64,000 bases of DNA from an uncultured delta proteobacterium (GTDB lineage: Bacteria > Desulfobacterota > Binatia > UBA9968). The translations under genes and the position numbers were made by a program. A model generated the notes under the pieces. The model saw only the letters and a list, made by a program, of their open reading frames with translations, ran no database searches and was not told the DNA's origin. The DNA lies in the NCBI GenBank assembly GCA_963745835.1, contig CAVUZH010000025.1, positions 96,001 to 160,000 of the forward strand. Direction: 5' to 3'. Positions 12,515 to 23,004 of the stretch are shown here, in pieces. Numbering within the stretch: position 1 is the first letter of the stretch; the number at the start of each line of letters is the position of its first letter.

Positions 12515-13225
12515 ATGAGCTATCTTCAAACACCTGTGTCACGGCCGACGATACTCGGTCGAAATGATTCAGCCCAATACCGAGAATCAGACGAGATTGA
12601 AGTCCAAACCGAGAACCACAAGCACTTTTGTGATCGTTTGCGTCAGCTCAGCCTTTCCGCTGGAGAGCGAATAGCGGCCGTAGATCTGGGTTGTGGAACG
12701 GGCCGTTATTTTCATTGCCTTCAAAACGTCGAAACATTGATCGGTGTTGATGTCTCGTGGGAAATGGCCAAGCAGGCCCGTTCTCCGGTGAGGGGTGAGG
12801 CCGTCACGATTGGCGGCATTAATCTGATTGCTGCAGATGTTTTGGATATTCATCTGCGTGGATCCTTTGATTTAATTTATTCTATCGGTGTTTTTGGTGA
12901 ACTCGTTCCGTGGGACATTGCGATTTGTAATAGATTGCATGATTGGCTCAAACCTGGTGGCAAGTTGTTTTTTACCGTTGTCGATGTTTTATCGAAATAT
13001 TCTTACATGTCGAATAAAAGAAAGGTGGCGGAAACGGTGAATTTGCTTTTGCCGTCACTGTGGAAGAGAAAATTACGAGAACGGCTCGGAACGTACTATG
13101 TGACGAAAAGAGAAATCATCACTATTTTTCGAAAGAGCAAATTTCGAGATTTCGAAACTCGAGGGCATGTTTCCACAGCGTCGTTATGGAAGGGCGCTCA
13201 TTACGAATGTTTGGCTACCAAATAG
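12515..13225 (+). CDS. Class I SAM-dependent methyltransferase
   Basis: VDLGCGTGRY, FDLIYS, LKPGG. Confidence 0.85.
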   Translation: MSYLQTPVSRPTILGRNDSAQYRESDEIEVQTENHKHFCDRLRQLSLSAGERIAAVDLGCGTGRYFHCLQNVETLIGVDVSWEMAKQARSPVRGEAVTIGGINLIAADVLDIHLRGSFDLIYSIGVFGELVPWDIAICNRLHDWLKPGGKLFFTVVDVLSKYSYMSNKRKVAETVNLLLPSLWKRKLRERLGTYYVTKREIITIFRKSKFRDFETRGHVSTASLWKGAHYECLATK

Positions 13226-13273
13226 TGTGGTCCGATAAAAATGAACCTTTCATCTCGACTCCTCAGGTGACAA

Positions 13274-14701
13274 ATGTCGATTGATAGCGATGTGTTCATC
13301 GTAAGATCCGTGCCGCGATATCCAGCATTTCCTTATGACATTGATGATTCTCTGCTGAACGCGCTGCGATTGCTTTTTTCAATGTGGGGTAAAGACCCAC
13401 AGAATCCATTCAAAGAGTGGCTCGGGCCGGGCTCTCGGGTTGTCATTAAACCCAACTGGGTTCTTCACCACAGTCCGAATGAGAAGGGTTGCGATGCTCT
13501 CGTCACGCACACGTCACTGATAAAACACATTATCGACCTGCTCGCCATTGCCTTAGGGGGAAACGGCTCAATTATCATCGGCGACGCTCCGCTTCAGAGT
13601 TGCGATTTTCAGGCCCTTATAACGGAAACCCGAATTGCAGAAGTTGTAAATGATGCCCGTAAAAAATACCCGGGTCTCGATATCAGGATCGAGGACTGGC
13701 GGCTCACGGTGTTTGAAAATCTGAGCGCTGCTCAGAAACGGAATGCTGATTATGACAACTCGATTTTAAAGGATTATCAAATAGTCGATCTCGGTGCGGA
13801 TAGTTTTCTCGAAGACATTTCGGACTACGCCGATAAATTCAGGGTCACCTGCTACGCGCCGCATCTCATGGCTGCGCACCATCAGAAAGGAAAGCACGAA
13901 TATCTGGTGACCCGGAAAGTGTTCGATGCCGATCTGCTCATTAATTTACCTAAGATGAAAACCCATATAAAGGCGGGTCTTACCGGCGCTCTGAAGAATC
14001 TCGTCGGCATTAATGGTCATAAAGAGTTCCTTCCGCATCATATACTGGGCGCTAGTGAAAACGGCGGAGATTGCTACTACAAGGGCAACAGCTTACGAAA
14101 CCTGTACGACGCCGCATATGATAGATTTTGGACACGATACGAGGAGTTGTCGGAATCTCGACGTAAGTTAGGTACCTTGATGCTCGGCGGGCTCTGGCGC
14201 GCGTCTCGGATCGTAACTGGCGACTCAACATCAGCGGGAAGCTGGTTCGGCAATGAGACAATCTGGCGCATGACGCTCGACCTGAATCATCTTCTTTATT
14301 TCGGCCATCACGCACCAAAACAGATCATCTCGATCGTCGATGGTATCATTGCTGGCGAAGGAGAAGGTCCGCTCACCCCTTCACCGAAGCCCACGGGATT
14401 ACTCGTCGGCGGCGAAAATCCTGCGTATGTTGACGCGGCTTTGGCGCAGTTAATCGGATATAACATCTCGCGGGTGCCGACGATTTATCAGGCCATCTAT
14501 CATCGAAAGTCGCAGTTCGGCGGACCGTACCTCGAAAATTTTACTACCCACTTCTGGAAAGAGGGTGAGGCGAAGATTGTTCCGCTTCAGGAGCTGCCGG
14601 ATCTCAACTTCACTAAACCAGAGCATTGGAAGCGAGCAGCCAGACCACTGATAAATTTGCTGCCCGCGACTGCCGGTTCATCGATCACTGAACACGCATG
14701 A
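13274..14701 (+). CDS. DUF362-domain protein
   Basis: VVIKPNWV, IGDAP, INLPKMKTH..GLTGALKNLVG, DGIIAGEGEGP. Confidence 0.8.
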   Translation: MSIDSDVFIVRSVPRYPAFPYDIDDSLLNALRLLFSMWGKDPQNPFKEWLGPGSRVVIKPNWVLHHSPNEKGCDALVTHTSLIKHIIDLLAIALGGNGSIIIGDAPLQSCDFQALITETRIAEVVNDARKKYPGLDIRIEDWRLTVFENLSAAQKRNADYDNSILKDYQIVDLGADSFLEDISDYADKFRVTCYAPHLMAAHHQKGKHEYLVTRKVFDADLLINLPKMKTHIKAGLTGALKNLVGINGHKEFLPHHILGASENGGDCYYKGNSLRNLYDAAYDRFWTRYEELSESRRKLGTLMLGGLWRASRIVTGDSTSAGSWFGNETIWRMTLDLNHLLYFGHHAPKQIISIVDGIIAGEGEGPLTPSPKPTGLLVGGENPAYVDAALAQLIGYNISRVPTIYQAIYHRKSQFGGPYLENFTTHFWKEGEAKIVPLQELPDLNFTKPEHWKRAARPLINLLPATAGSSITEHA

Positions 14702-16053
14702 AGCCTTCTCTTTTGAGACGATTGATTCTGCCGGCATGGCAGCGGGCGAAAGGGCAGAATAGCTTAGAGCTATTGCCTTACTTGGATAAGACCCAATGGC
14801 TACCACGCGATGAACTTGAGGGTTTGCAGTGGCGACGAGTTGCTGCTCTGTTGGAACATGCTTATGAGCACGTCCCGTATTATCGAGAGCTCATGCGCGA
14901 GAGGCAGATCGTTCCCGAGTCGCTTGTTCGAAGGCGTTCATTGGAGACGTTGCCTCTTTTGGATCGTCAAATCATAAACCAGCAGCGCGATAGACTTCGC
15001 GCCACAAACGTCCGAGCCGAACGGTTCGTGCCAAACGGCACCGGCGGTTCGACAGGCGAGCCGCTTCTTTTTTTCGATGACGGGGACCAAGCGGGATGGT
15101 CGGAAGCGGCGGTGTGGCGCTCGCACCGTTGGTATGATGTTGATGTTGGTGAGCGGTGTGCGTATCTCTGGGGCGCGAACTTCGATTTGAGCGAGTTTCA
15201 GGGGTTCAGTGGGCGGCTCAAATCGCGTGTGTTGAATTTATTGATGCTGCCGGCGTGGGAACTAAGTGAACCAACCGCATCGCTGTTCTGGAAACAACTC
15301 TGCGAGTTCCAACCGCGATTGTTAGTAGCCTATACCGGTGCATTGCATCATTGGGCGCGTCTGCTGGGCGATGACCGCGATCCAGTCCCTGGCCTTTCCG
15401 CGATCATCGTCTCGGCCGAAATGTTATACGAGGAAACGCGTCGCGTCATCGAGAATTGTTTCAAGGTGCCGGTTTACAATCGCTACGGCGGACGAGATTT
15501 ACATTTCGTCGCGCAAGAATGCCGGGCACAAAATGGGTTGCACATGAACTCAGAGAACTTGCTCGTGGAGATTGTCAAAGATGGACGGCAAGTTCCGCCG
15601 GGAGAGTTGGGGGAAATTGTCATTACCCGGCTGGATAATTTCGTGATGCCTTTTGTGAGATATAGAAGTGGGGATTTGGGCGTTATGAACAATGATGTTT
15701 GCGAATGCGGACGGTCACTTCCGCTGCTGGAAAAAATCGAGGGTCGGGTGCAAGACGCGATTGTCACGGTCGAGGGTAGAATAATCTCGGGACCCTTCTT
15801 CGCACACGTAATGAAAGATTGTCCCGACGTCAGGGAGTTTCAAGTTCACCAGCTTGCCATCAGTCGACTGCTTATTGTGATTGTTCTTCAGGGCGAACGG
15901 CAGTTCGTCAGCCGGTCGAGAATCGAGCGCATCGCTCAGCAGTACATGGGACGTAACATGCAGATCGAGTTCGACGTCCGTGACAGCATTCCGCTGACTC
16001 GCACCGGCAAGCGGCGCGTCATAGTTTCACATCTGAGTGCCAGTGCGGCATGA
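14698..16053 (+). CDS. Phenylacetate-CoA ligase family (CapK-like) adenylating enzyme
   Basis: HVPYYR, TGGSTGEP, YNRYGGRD, MPFVRYRSGD, IEGR, TGKRR; ATGA overlap with DUF362 gene. Confidence 0.85.
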   Translation: MKPSLLRRLILPAWQRAKGQNSLELLPYLDKTQWLPRDELEGLQWRRVAALLEHAYEHVPYYRELMRERQIVPESLVRRRSLETLPLLDRQIINQQRDRLRATNVRAERFVPNGTGGSTGEPLLFFDDGDQAGWSEAAVWRSHRWYDVDVGERCAYLWGANFDLSEFQGFSGRLKSRVLNLLMLPAWELSEPTASLFWKQLCEFQPRLLVAYTGALHHWARLLGDDRDPVPGLSAIIVSAEMLYEETRRVIENCFKVPVYNRYGGRDLHFVAQECRAQNGLHMNSENLLVEIVKDGRQVPPGELGEIVITRLDNFVMPFVRYRSGDLGVMNNDVCECGRSLPLLEKIEGRVQDAIVTVEGRIISGPFFAHVMKDCPDVREFQVHQLAISRLLIVIVLQGERQFVSRSRIERIAQQYMGRNMQIEFDVRDSIPLTRTGKRRVIVSHLSASAA

Positions 16054-16062
16054 TCAGATCGA

Positions 16063-17130
16063 TTGATCCTTCGAAGTGTAGGGACAAAAAATACTGTGGC
16101 TGCCGTTCACATGCTCACGACAGCCGACGAGAATATCGCCGGCTACAGCGGAGCGGACTTTCGCAGGCTTTCTGCGGCCGCGGCCTGCGACAGATTCGGA
16201 AAACATCAACTTGTTGAGTCTCCCGAGCAGGCAGACATCATTCTCTTCGTTGGTTCGACCTATCCGGACCACCGAGATGTTAGATCGCATCCGCTTTTGC
16301 GCCTCTACGCGAACAAATGTTTTCTGTTCCAATCCGACGATTACGTCATCCCATTCCTGCCGGGCGTCTATGTGAACATAGCTAAACGTTGGTACAGCGA
16401 CCGCACTGTCACCGGGCCTTACCTGCAGATGACCCAGTGGGAAGATGTGCCTTATATCCCATCGCTCGCTGGCTGCAAATTCCTGTTTTGTTTTGTCGGC
16501 TCCACGAGGACTCACGGTGTAAGACGACGGCTAATGGGCTTAAAGCATCCCCGTGCCTACCTCGAAGACACAAGTGCGTTGGTACCATCGACTGAATGTA
16601 ATAAAGCATTTGTCATGGTTGAGTACCAACAAGGCGCCAAAACGCATTATGGAGAAATCATCAGCAGGAGCAAGTTTGTACTTTGCCCGCGCGGATATGC
16701 CTGCTCAACCTGGCGGCTTTTTGAAACTATGAAGGCTGGCAGAGTACCGGTTATCGTTTCAGACCAATGGGTCCCGCCCGCGGGTCCTGCCTGGGAAACC
16801 TTTAGCATCCGGGTCAAGCAGAATCAGGTCGGTCGTATACCGTCACTTCTGGAAGAATATGAATCCGAAGCCGAGGCGATGGGCGGGCGGGCCAGAGCTA
16901 CTTGGGACGAGTGGTTCTCTAGGGAGACGGTTTTTCATAGAGTTGTAGAATGGTGCTTGAGTCTGAAGCACCGGTCGCAGGACGCGAACGTCAGCTCTAT
17001 TATGCCATATGTCCAATTACTGCGGCCGTTTTACTTGCGACACGTGCTACTTCCCGAGATTAAGCTGGGACTTTCACATCACATGCTCGGAGTTCAGCGG
17101 TTTCTCTCCGGGCGTTTTTTTTGGAGCTAG
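16063..17130 (+). CDS. Exostosin-family (GT47-like) glycosyltransferase
   Basis: FLFCFVGS, SKFVLCPRGY..TWRLFETMKAGRVPVIVSDQWVPP. Confidence 0.78.
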   Translation: MILRSVGTKNTVAAVHMLTTADENIAGYSGADFRRLSAAAACDRFGKHQLVESPEQADIILFVGSTYPDHRDVRSHPLLRLYANKCFLFQSDDYVIPFLPGVYVNIAKRWYSDRTVTGPYLQMTQWEDVPYIPSLAGCKFLFCFVGSTRTHGVRRRLMGLKHPRAYLEDTSALVPSTECNKAFVMVEYQQGAKTHYGEIISRSKFVLCPRGYACSTWRLFETMKAGRVPVIVSDQWVPPAGPAWETFSIRVKQNQVGRIPSLLEEYESEAEAMGGRARATWDEWFSRETVFHRVVEWCLSLKHRSQDANVSSIMPYVQLLRPFYLRHVLLPEIKLGLSHHMLGVQRFLSGRFFWS

Positions 17131-17199
17131 GCTGCTGCAGAGCGAAGATGTTGCATTCGCGAAAGTGGCGCTCCGCCTAAGAATAAAGGATACGTTAAC

Positions 17200-18000
17200 G
17201 TGCCATCGTGGGATATTCGACAAATCGCGCTCTGCGAAGCGAAAGGGATACGCGTCCGCAAGAATGCATGTATTCTCGACTATGGATGCGGAGCTGGCCG
17301 TCGTGTATACGAGCTGCTCGATGCCGGCTATTTGAATGCATCTGGCTATGATGTGCTGGATTATCTGGAGCTTCGCAACCCTGCCGATCGTAAACACTTT
17401 TACATTGCCCCAGACGGGCGCATTCCATTACCGGATGCGAGTCTCGACTTTGTTTTCAGCGATCAGGTTTTTGAACATGTAATGGACCAACCTTCCGCAT
17501 GGCAGGAGATTGTCCGCGTACTGAAGCCGGGCGGTGCGAGTGTTCATGTGATTCCGACGAAATGGCAATTTATAGAACCGCATATCAAAGTGCCTCTCGG
17601 TGGGTTTCAGTTATTTAAGCGTTATCCCTATTACTTGCTATGGGCAATACTCGGTATTCGGAATGAATACCAGCAGGGGCTTTCCGCCCGTGAGACAGCC
17701 CGCCGCAACCACGACTACAGCCGCACCGCTCTAAACTATTGGAGTTCATGGAAATACCGGCAGCTCTTTCGCACGCTGCCGATCACATGGAGTTGGGAAG
17801 AAGTCTCGTATATGGAGGCTAGCTACAAGCCCCGCATACAGCAGTTGGCACGCGCGGCACGGCGGGTGGCACTGGTCACTACGATTATCCGCACCTTCCA
17901 CACCCGAGTCTTATTTCTGGTCAAAACTGTCAACGGAGAGGAAGCCATCCGTCCGCCTGGTAATCGAAGCCGAGCCTCGGCTGTCGGGCTGCGCCAGTGA
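17200..18000 (+). CDS. Class I SAM-dependent methyltransferase
   Basis: ILDYGCGAG, DFVFSDQVFEHV, RVLKPGG. Confidence 0.85.
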   Translation: MPSWDIRQIALCEAKGIRVRKNACILDYGCGAGRRVYELLDAGYLNASGYDVLDYLELRNPADRKHFYIAPDGRIPLPDASLDFVFSDQVFEHVMDQPSAWQEIVRVLKPGGASVHVIPTKWQFIEPHIKVPLGGFQLFKRYPYYLLWAILGIRNEYQQGLSARETARRNHDYSRTALNYWSSWKYRQLFRTLPITWSWEEVSYMEASYKPRIQQLARAARRVALVTTIIRTFHTRVLFLVKTVNGEEAIRPPGNRSRASAVGLRQ

Positions 18001-18166
18001 ACGCTGGTTCGAATCACATGAAATAATTTCACAGGTTGCACCGCCGGAACGAATGAGCAACAACAACTTGATTCATCTTCGACAATGTCGAAGTTGAGGA
18101 GCGCGATCTATGATAGGCGAACTCCGGTAGTCATTCATTCAGCGATTTACGGAGAACAAAGAGTCG

Positions 18167-19042
18167 ATGAATGCAATCATCACTGCAGCGACGGGATATA
18201 GCGAAGCTGATCTGCAACCGTTCTTACGCTCAGTCGATCGTGCGTGCCCGGGTACTAAAGTTTTTCTAATCGCGTACAACCGCGATCATGTGGAAATAGG
18301 AGGGTTGCGATCTAAGTATTCGTTTATAGAGCCAGTCTATGTGCCGCGTAAATTTAACCGAGGCGGCAGAGTTTATCGATCGTTCGCGCGCCACTTCATT
18401 CAGGACGATTACTTCGCCTGCGGCTCACGCTGGAGGAGTGTGGGTAGATATTCGCTACATATAGCCCTTGAGCGCTATTTTCTGGCTTTAGAGATCCTGC
18501 GAATCCATCGGAATTCATTCGAGAATGTATTGTTGACCGATAGTCGGGATGTGGTCTTGCAGCACGATCCATTTACACAGATCGGCGACAAGTTGATCTC
18601 TGGCATCGAGGAACAGACAATCGGCGATTGCTCGATCAATACCGATTGGATCACCCATCTGTATGGAACCGATGTTCATAAAAACATGTCTGATCGTAGA
18701 ATCGTCTGCTCTGGAGTTACCCTAGGACCGGCCGATCCAATGGAAGCGTATCTGGTTGAAATGTGCCGGGAGATATGGAAATGTCTGCCGAAACTTGCGC
18801 TGATTGCACAGTATGATCAGGGGATTCATAATCACCTGATTCACACCGGTAGAATCAATCTGCACCTAACAGACAATCGGGCTGGAATCATTGCGACCCT
18901 ACACTATGAAAATCCACGTAACATCCAGACGGATGCTACAGCGGGCGTAGTTACGGTTCAAGGAAAAGCGCCTGCTATCATTCATCAGTATGATCGGCAC
19001 CGCAATTTGGTCGCATTTGTGAAGGAGCGACTAGCAGATTGA
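18167..19042 (+). CDS. Hypothetical protein, probable GT-A-fold glycosyltransferase
   Basis: LLTDSRDVVLQHDPF, IVCSGVTLG, DQGIHN, HQYDR; resembles the PLOD-type GT motif pattern. Confidence 0.55.
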   Translation: MNAIITAATGYSEADLQPFLRSVDRACPGTKVFLIAYNRDHVEIGGLRSKYSFIEPVYVPRKFNRGGRVYRSFARHFIQDDYFACGSRWRSVGRYSLHIALERYFLALEILRIHRNSFENVLLTDSRDVVLQHDPFTQIGDKLISGIEEQTIGDCSINTDWITHLYGTDVHKNMSDRRIVCSGVTLGPADPMEAYLVEMCREIWKCLPKLALIAQYDQGIHNHLIHTGRINLHLTDNRAGIIATLHYENPRNIQTDATAGVVTVQGKAPAIIHQYDRHRNLVAFVKERLAD

Positions 19043-20281
19043 GTGAACCCTCGGCTCTCAAGCTTTCCGAGCAACTGCATGCCTCGCCTCAAGAAACTCG
19101 CGCCCTTATTGCTCCTTTGTTTCTCATCTGTTGTACTTGCTGGACTGATATCGGAGGCTTTGCTGACTATAGCCCAGATAAACACAAAAGCTTACGATCG
19201 ATACATTCCCGGCAAGGGGACTACTTACGTACCTGGCGCCTACTATCGGCACACCAAAGAAGGCTTCTCAGAAGGATACATCAACTCTCACGGGTTCCGC
19301 GACTACGAGCGGTTTTATGAAAAGCCTGAAAATAGTGTCAGGATACTCATTCTGGGCGATTCTTATGTAGAGGCACTCCAGGTTGCGCTTGAGAATGCGT
19401 TTCCGGCGCTTCTTGAAAAAAAGCTCAATGGAAACTCTACCGCGACGAAATTCGAGGTCTTGAATCTAGGTCAGTCTGGTTTTGGAACTGCTGACGCGTA
19501 CATGAGGTATCTGAATTTCGGCGTCAAATATTCTCCCGATTTGGTCCTTCTCGCTTTTTTGACTGGTAACGACCTCCAGGATAATTCCAAATTTCTCAAT
19601 CGAGAAAATCTCCGGTTCTATTTTGTTTTTGACGACCAACAAAGACTGGTATTGGATCGTTCGCTGATGGACCAGTACGAACGGAATCTAAACCTTCCAA
19701 GACGGGTCTTCCAATATCTCAAACGAAATTCTTATCTCGCGAGCTTAATTTCTCAACGGTTTTACCTGCTGAGGCTTCAAATTCGCAATCGTGATTTTGG
19801 CAGGAGCGTCGCAGGAAAACAGCAAAGTGGATCTAAGCCGAAAATAGATGAGTTCTCCCCCCTGAATATTTATTTATCTAACCAAAGTAATCATTGGAGA
19901 CAGGCTTTTGACGTCAGCACAGATTTGCTGTGCAAATTCAGGGACAGTGTAGAAGCGAGCGGGAGCCAGTTTCTCCTCGTTACGCTCTCAAATGCCGAGC
20001 AAGTTCATCCTGAACTTCAGCGGCAGCTCAGGAATGAATACGACACAGAATTTGATTTTGACCAGCCAGACTCTCTTCTTGAGGAATTTGCAAAGAGAAA
20101 ACACATTTCTCACCTAAACCTGATGCCGTTCTTTCGTGAATATCACCTTCGAACTGGAAACTATCTTCATGGTTTTGGTGGAAGTAAGGGAGGACACTGG
20201 AACGAGAATGGTCACCGTCTGGCCGCAGAGAAGATCTTCGAGTTTTTAAAGAACAGCGATCTTCTTCATCTTCCGCTCTAA
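19043..20281 (+). CDS. Membrane-anchored SGNH/GDSL-fold protein (AlgX/AlgJ/SxtL-like)
   Basis: N-terminal hydrophobic anchor; NSHGFRD; ILGDSY (block I), LNLGQSG, GND, GHWNENGH. Confidence 0.8.
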   Translation: MNPRLSSFPSNCMPRLKKLAPLLLLCFSSVVLAGLISEALLTIAQINTKAYDRYIPGKGTTYVPGAYYRHTKEGFSEGYINSHGFRDYERFYEKPENSVRILILGDSYVEALQVALENAFPALLEKKLNGNSTATKFEVLNLGQSGFGTADAYMRYLNFGVKYSPDLVLLAFLTGNDLQDNSKFLNRENLRFYFVFDDQQRLVLDRSLMDQYERNLNLPRRVFQYLKRNSYLASLISQRFYLLRLQIRNRDFGRSVAGKQQSGSKPKIDEFSPLNIYLSNQSNHWRQAFDVSTDLLCKFRDSVEASGSQFLLVTLSNAEQVHPELQRQLRNEYDTEFDFDQPDSLLEEFAKRKHISHLNLMPFFREYHLRTGNYLHGFGGSKGGHWNENGHRLAAEKIFEFLKNSDLLHLPL

Positions 20282-20296
20282 TTTCTGAAGCTAGGC

Positions 20297-21154
20297 ATGA
20301 GCACTAGAATGCGTTCACAAATGGAATTCTGCATCCGCGACGATGACACCAGCTACTTCACGTCACCTGATGACCTAGAGAAGGTATATGGCGGGATTAG
20401 TCAACGGGGTCCGGTTTCATTAGCCGTGGTGCCTTTTCATCGCGCTGGCACGAGCGGGTGCGTGCCTGAGCGATTTCGCATGCGCGGAACCGTACATCCG
20501 CTGCACGAAAATCAGCCTCTTGTAGAATATCTGCGTGATGGAGTGGCAAAAGACCGCTTCGAAATCATGCTGCACGGCTATCATCATGATGAAACAGATG
20601 GGTTGTGCGAATTCACAAATCGCGCCGACCTCAAAGAGCGAGTTTCCCGCGGCCGTAAATATCTCGAAGATCTGCTTGGGACACATATTCGGGTTTTCGT
20701 CCCGCCTGGAAATACAATTGGAACTGCTGGCTTAAAGGCAATCGCTCGGGAGGGTCTCCATCTCGGCGGAACCGCCGGCGTTCGTGCAGGCTGGAATCCT
20801 TTAGGGCCGGCAACTTGGCGAACGTGGCTACGACTCAAAAAATGGCAGCGCAGTGGGGGGGTGGGTATTCCATGGGTTCTTGATCTTGGCGATCACCGTG
20901 AAATTCCAGGAAACCCTGTGACTCCGGCTGCTAGTTTCGAGGAGAACGGGGCGAGATTTCAAACGGCGCTGACGATCGGTGGAGTTTTTTGCGTCGCGAC
21001 GCATTATTGGGAAATGGAGGCTCCAAGTGCGCACCCTGGCGCACCTTCAGTGGGGGAGCATCTTCGACATTTAGTTCAGCTCGCCACATCAAATCCCCAA
21101 GTCAAATGGCGCTCGGTCGGAGATGTCGTCTCTGAAAGCGATTGTGTAGCCTGA
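20297..21154 (+). CDS. Polysaccharide deacetylase-like (DUF2334/NodB fold) protein
   Basis: IRDDD, SLAVVPF, IMLHGYHH, FVPPGN, ATHYWE. Confidence 0.75.
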   Translation: MSTRMRSQMEFCIRDDDTSYFTSPDDLEKVYGGISQRGPVSLAVVPFHRAGTSGCVPERFRMRGTVHPLHENQPLVEYLRDGVAKDRFEIMLHGYHHDETDGLCEFTNRADLKERVSRGRKYLEDLLGTHIRVFVPPGNTIGTAGLKAIAREGLHLGGTAGVRAGWNPLGPATWRTWLRLKKWQRSGGVGIPWVLDLGDHREIPGNPVTPAASFEENGARFQTALTIGGVFCVATHYWEMEAPSAHPGAPSVGEHLRHLVQLATSNPQVKWRSVGDVVSESDCVA

Positions 21155-21155
21155 T

Positions 21156-23004
21156 ATGTGTGGCTTCTTAGCAATTCTCGGAACGAACCTGCATAAAGTA
21201 AGCAAGAAGCGCCTACTGGATTCCCTTGCGCATCGAGGTCCCGATGCGTCCGGAGAATGGCAGGATGACGGGGTATATTCTGGGGCACCGGCGGCTTTCC
21301 ATCATCGACCTCGCTACGGGAAATCAGCCAATGGAGAGTTGGGACGATCGCTACGTCATCGTTTTCAACGGAGAGATCTACAACTTCATTGAGCTTCGCG
21401 AGCTTCTCATTTCTAAGGGAGCACGATTTCGGACCCGTTCCGATACTGAGGTGATATTGGAAGCTTATCGGGAATGGGGTCCGAAGCTCGTCGATCGTCT
21501 GCATGGAATGTTTGCTTTCGTCATCTGGGATCGACAGCGGCGTGCGGCGTTCGCTGCTCGTGATCGCATTGGTATTAAACCGCTGTCTTGGGCTGCTGTT
21601 CCCCACGGTTTGGTGATAGCCTCTACCCTCGAACCGTTTTCGTTAATCGAAATGTTCCGCAGTGTCGATATGCAGGCCATCCGGGACATTATGGTTTATG
21701 ATTATATCCTGGCGCCCAGAACAATCTTTAAAAACGTGCACAAACTGGAACCGGGCTGCCAGCTCGAGTGGTGCGTTGGTCAAAGAGATCCTGCCATCAA
21801 TCGTTACTGGGCGCCGCCGCTCAATCAACAGAACCTCAAACCTCCCGAATCGGACGAGCTCGAGATCTTGCTCGATCATGCGGTAAAGCGGCAGATGATC
21901 AGCGATGTACCCATCGGAGTGTTCTTGTCAGGAGGCATTGATTCCTCGCTAATCGTCGCTTTTATGGCGCGGCATTCCAGCAAACCGGTGCGAACGTTTT
22001 CTGTCGGGTTCCGCGAAGGCAAGGTGGACGAGTCGCCCATCGCCGAAACGGTAGCTCGCCGGTATGGAACAGACCACACCGTCCTTCAGGGAGAGGAAGT
22101 TGGCCCTGAGGATCTCTTGGAATTGCTCGGGCGGCTAGATGAGCCGTTCTGTGATCCGGCTGTTGTTCCTACGTATGCCCTCTCACTGCTCACGAAGAGA
22201 CACGTTAAGGTCGCGCTTTCAGGCGATGGGGGTGACGAGGTTTTCGGTGGGTATCCGAAATATCTTTATGGCGATACGGATCGCTTTCGTCTTCCATTAT
22301 CATCATGGCTGCGGCCGCTGCTGAAAAAGACACGCTGGAGACCGCGTGGCATGGAGCGAATTTATTGGCGAACGCTCAAGCCCTCTGATCAAGTTCAGTA
22401 CGGATGGGTGCATTACGGCGATTTTCCGGTCTTCCGCAAGGACCTGCGTCAATTGTTGCGGCCCGAGTACCATCATGCGGCGCAGATTGAGGATTATTTC
22501 GAGCCATGGGAACGGCGAGCGCGGCGCTACGGCGTCGGATTCGATAGGGACGTCGTTATGCGCGCGGATCTCGAAACATATTTAAGTGAAAATTGTCTCG
22601 TAAAGACCGATCGAGCTAGCATGCTCGCTTCATTAGAGGTCAGAGTTCCGTATCTTGACGAGAGTTTACTCGAACGCATTCTCCCTCTTCATGCCAGTGT
22701 GAAAATCAAGGATCGACAGTTGAAGGCGCTCTTAATGCCTGTTGCACGCCGCCTGTTGCCGAGAGAGGTTTGGGATCGGCCAAAGCAAGGGTTTGGCGTA
22801 CCGTACGGCTTACAACTCCGGCGTGCCTGGAAGCCCGCCCTCGACGCAGCTCTGAGTTGGGGCGAATCGAACCTGGACATTTTTGACTATGGCTACCTCC
22901 GCCGCTTGCAGGCGATTAATGTCACGGAAGGTGAATCCGGGATGGAACTTTGGAATCCTTTTGTGTTTCTCTCGTGGTCCATGGCCCACTCTATTGAGAT
23001 ATGA
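21156..23004 (+). CDS. asnB: Second asparagine synthase-like amidotransferase, frameshift near 21270
   Basis: MCGF..HRGPD, GHRRLSIIDL, FNGEIYNF, FLSGGIDSS, LSGDGGDE, KTDRASM..SLEVRVPYLD. Confidence 0.9.

Noticed and set aside
7535-23004. AsnB-like genes as lasso-peptide cyclases
   Set aside because: Both retain the N-terminal Cys glutaminase domain; no precursor, B1/B2 or PqqD-like genes are seen
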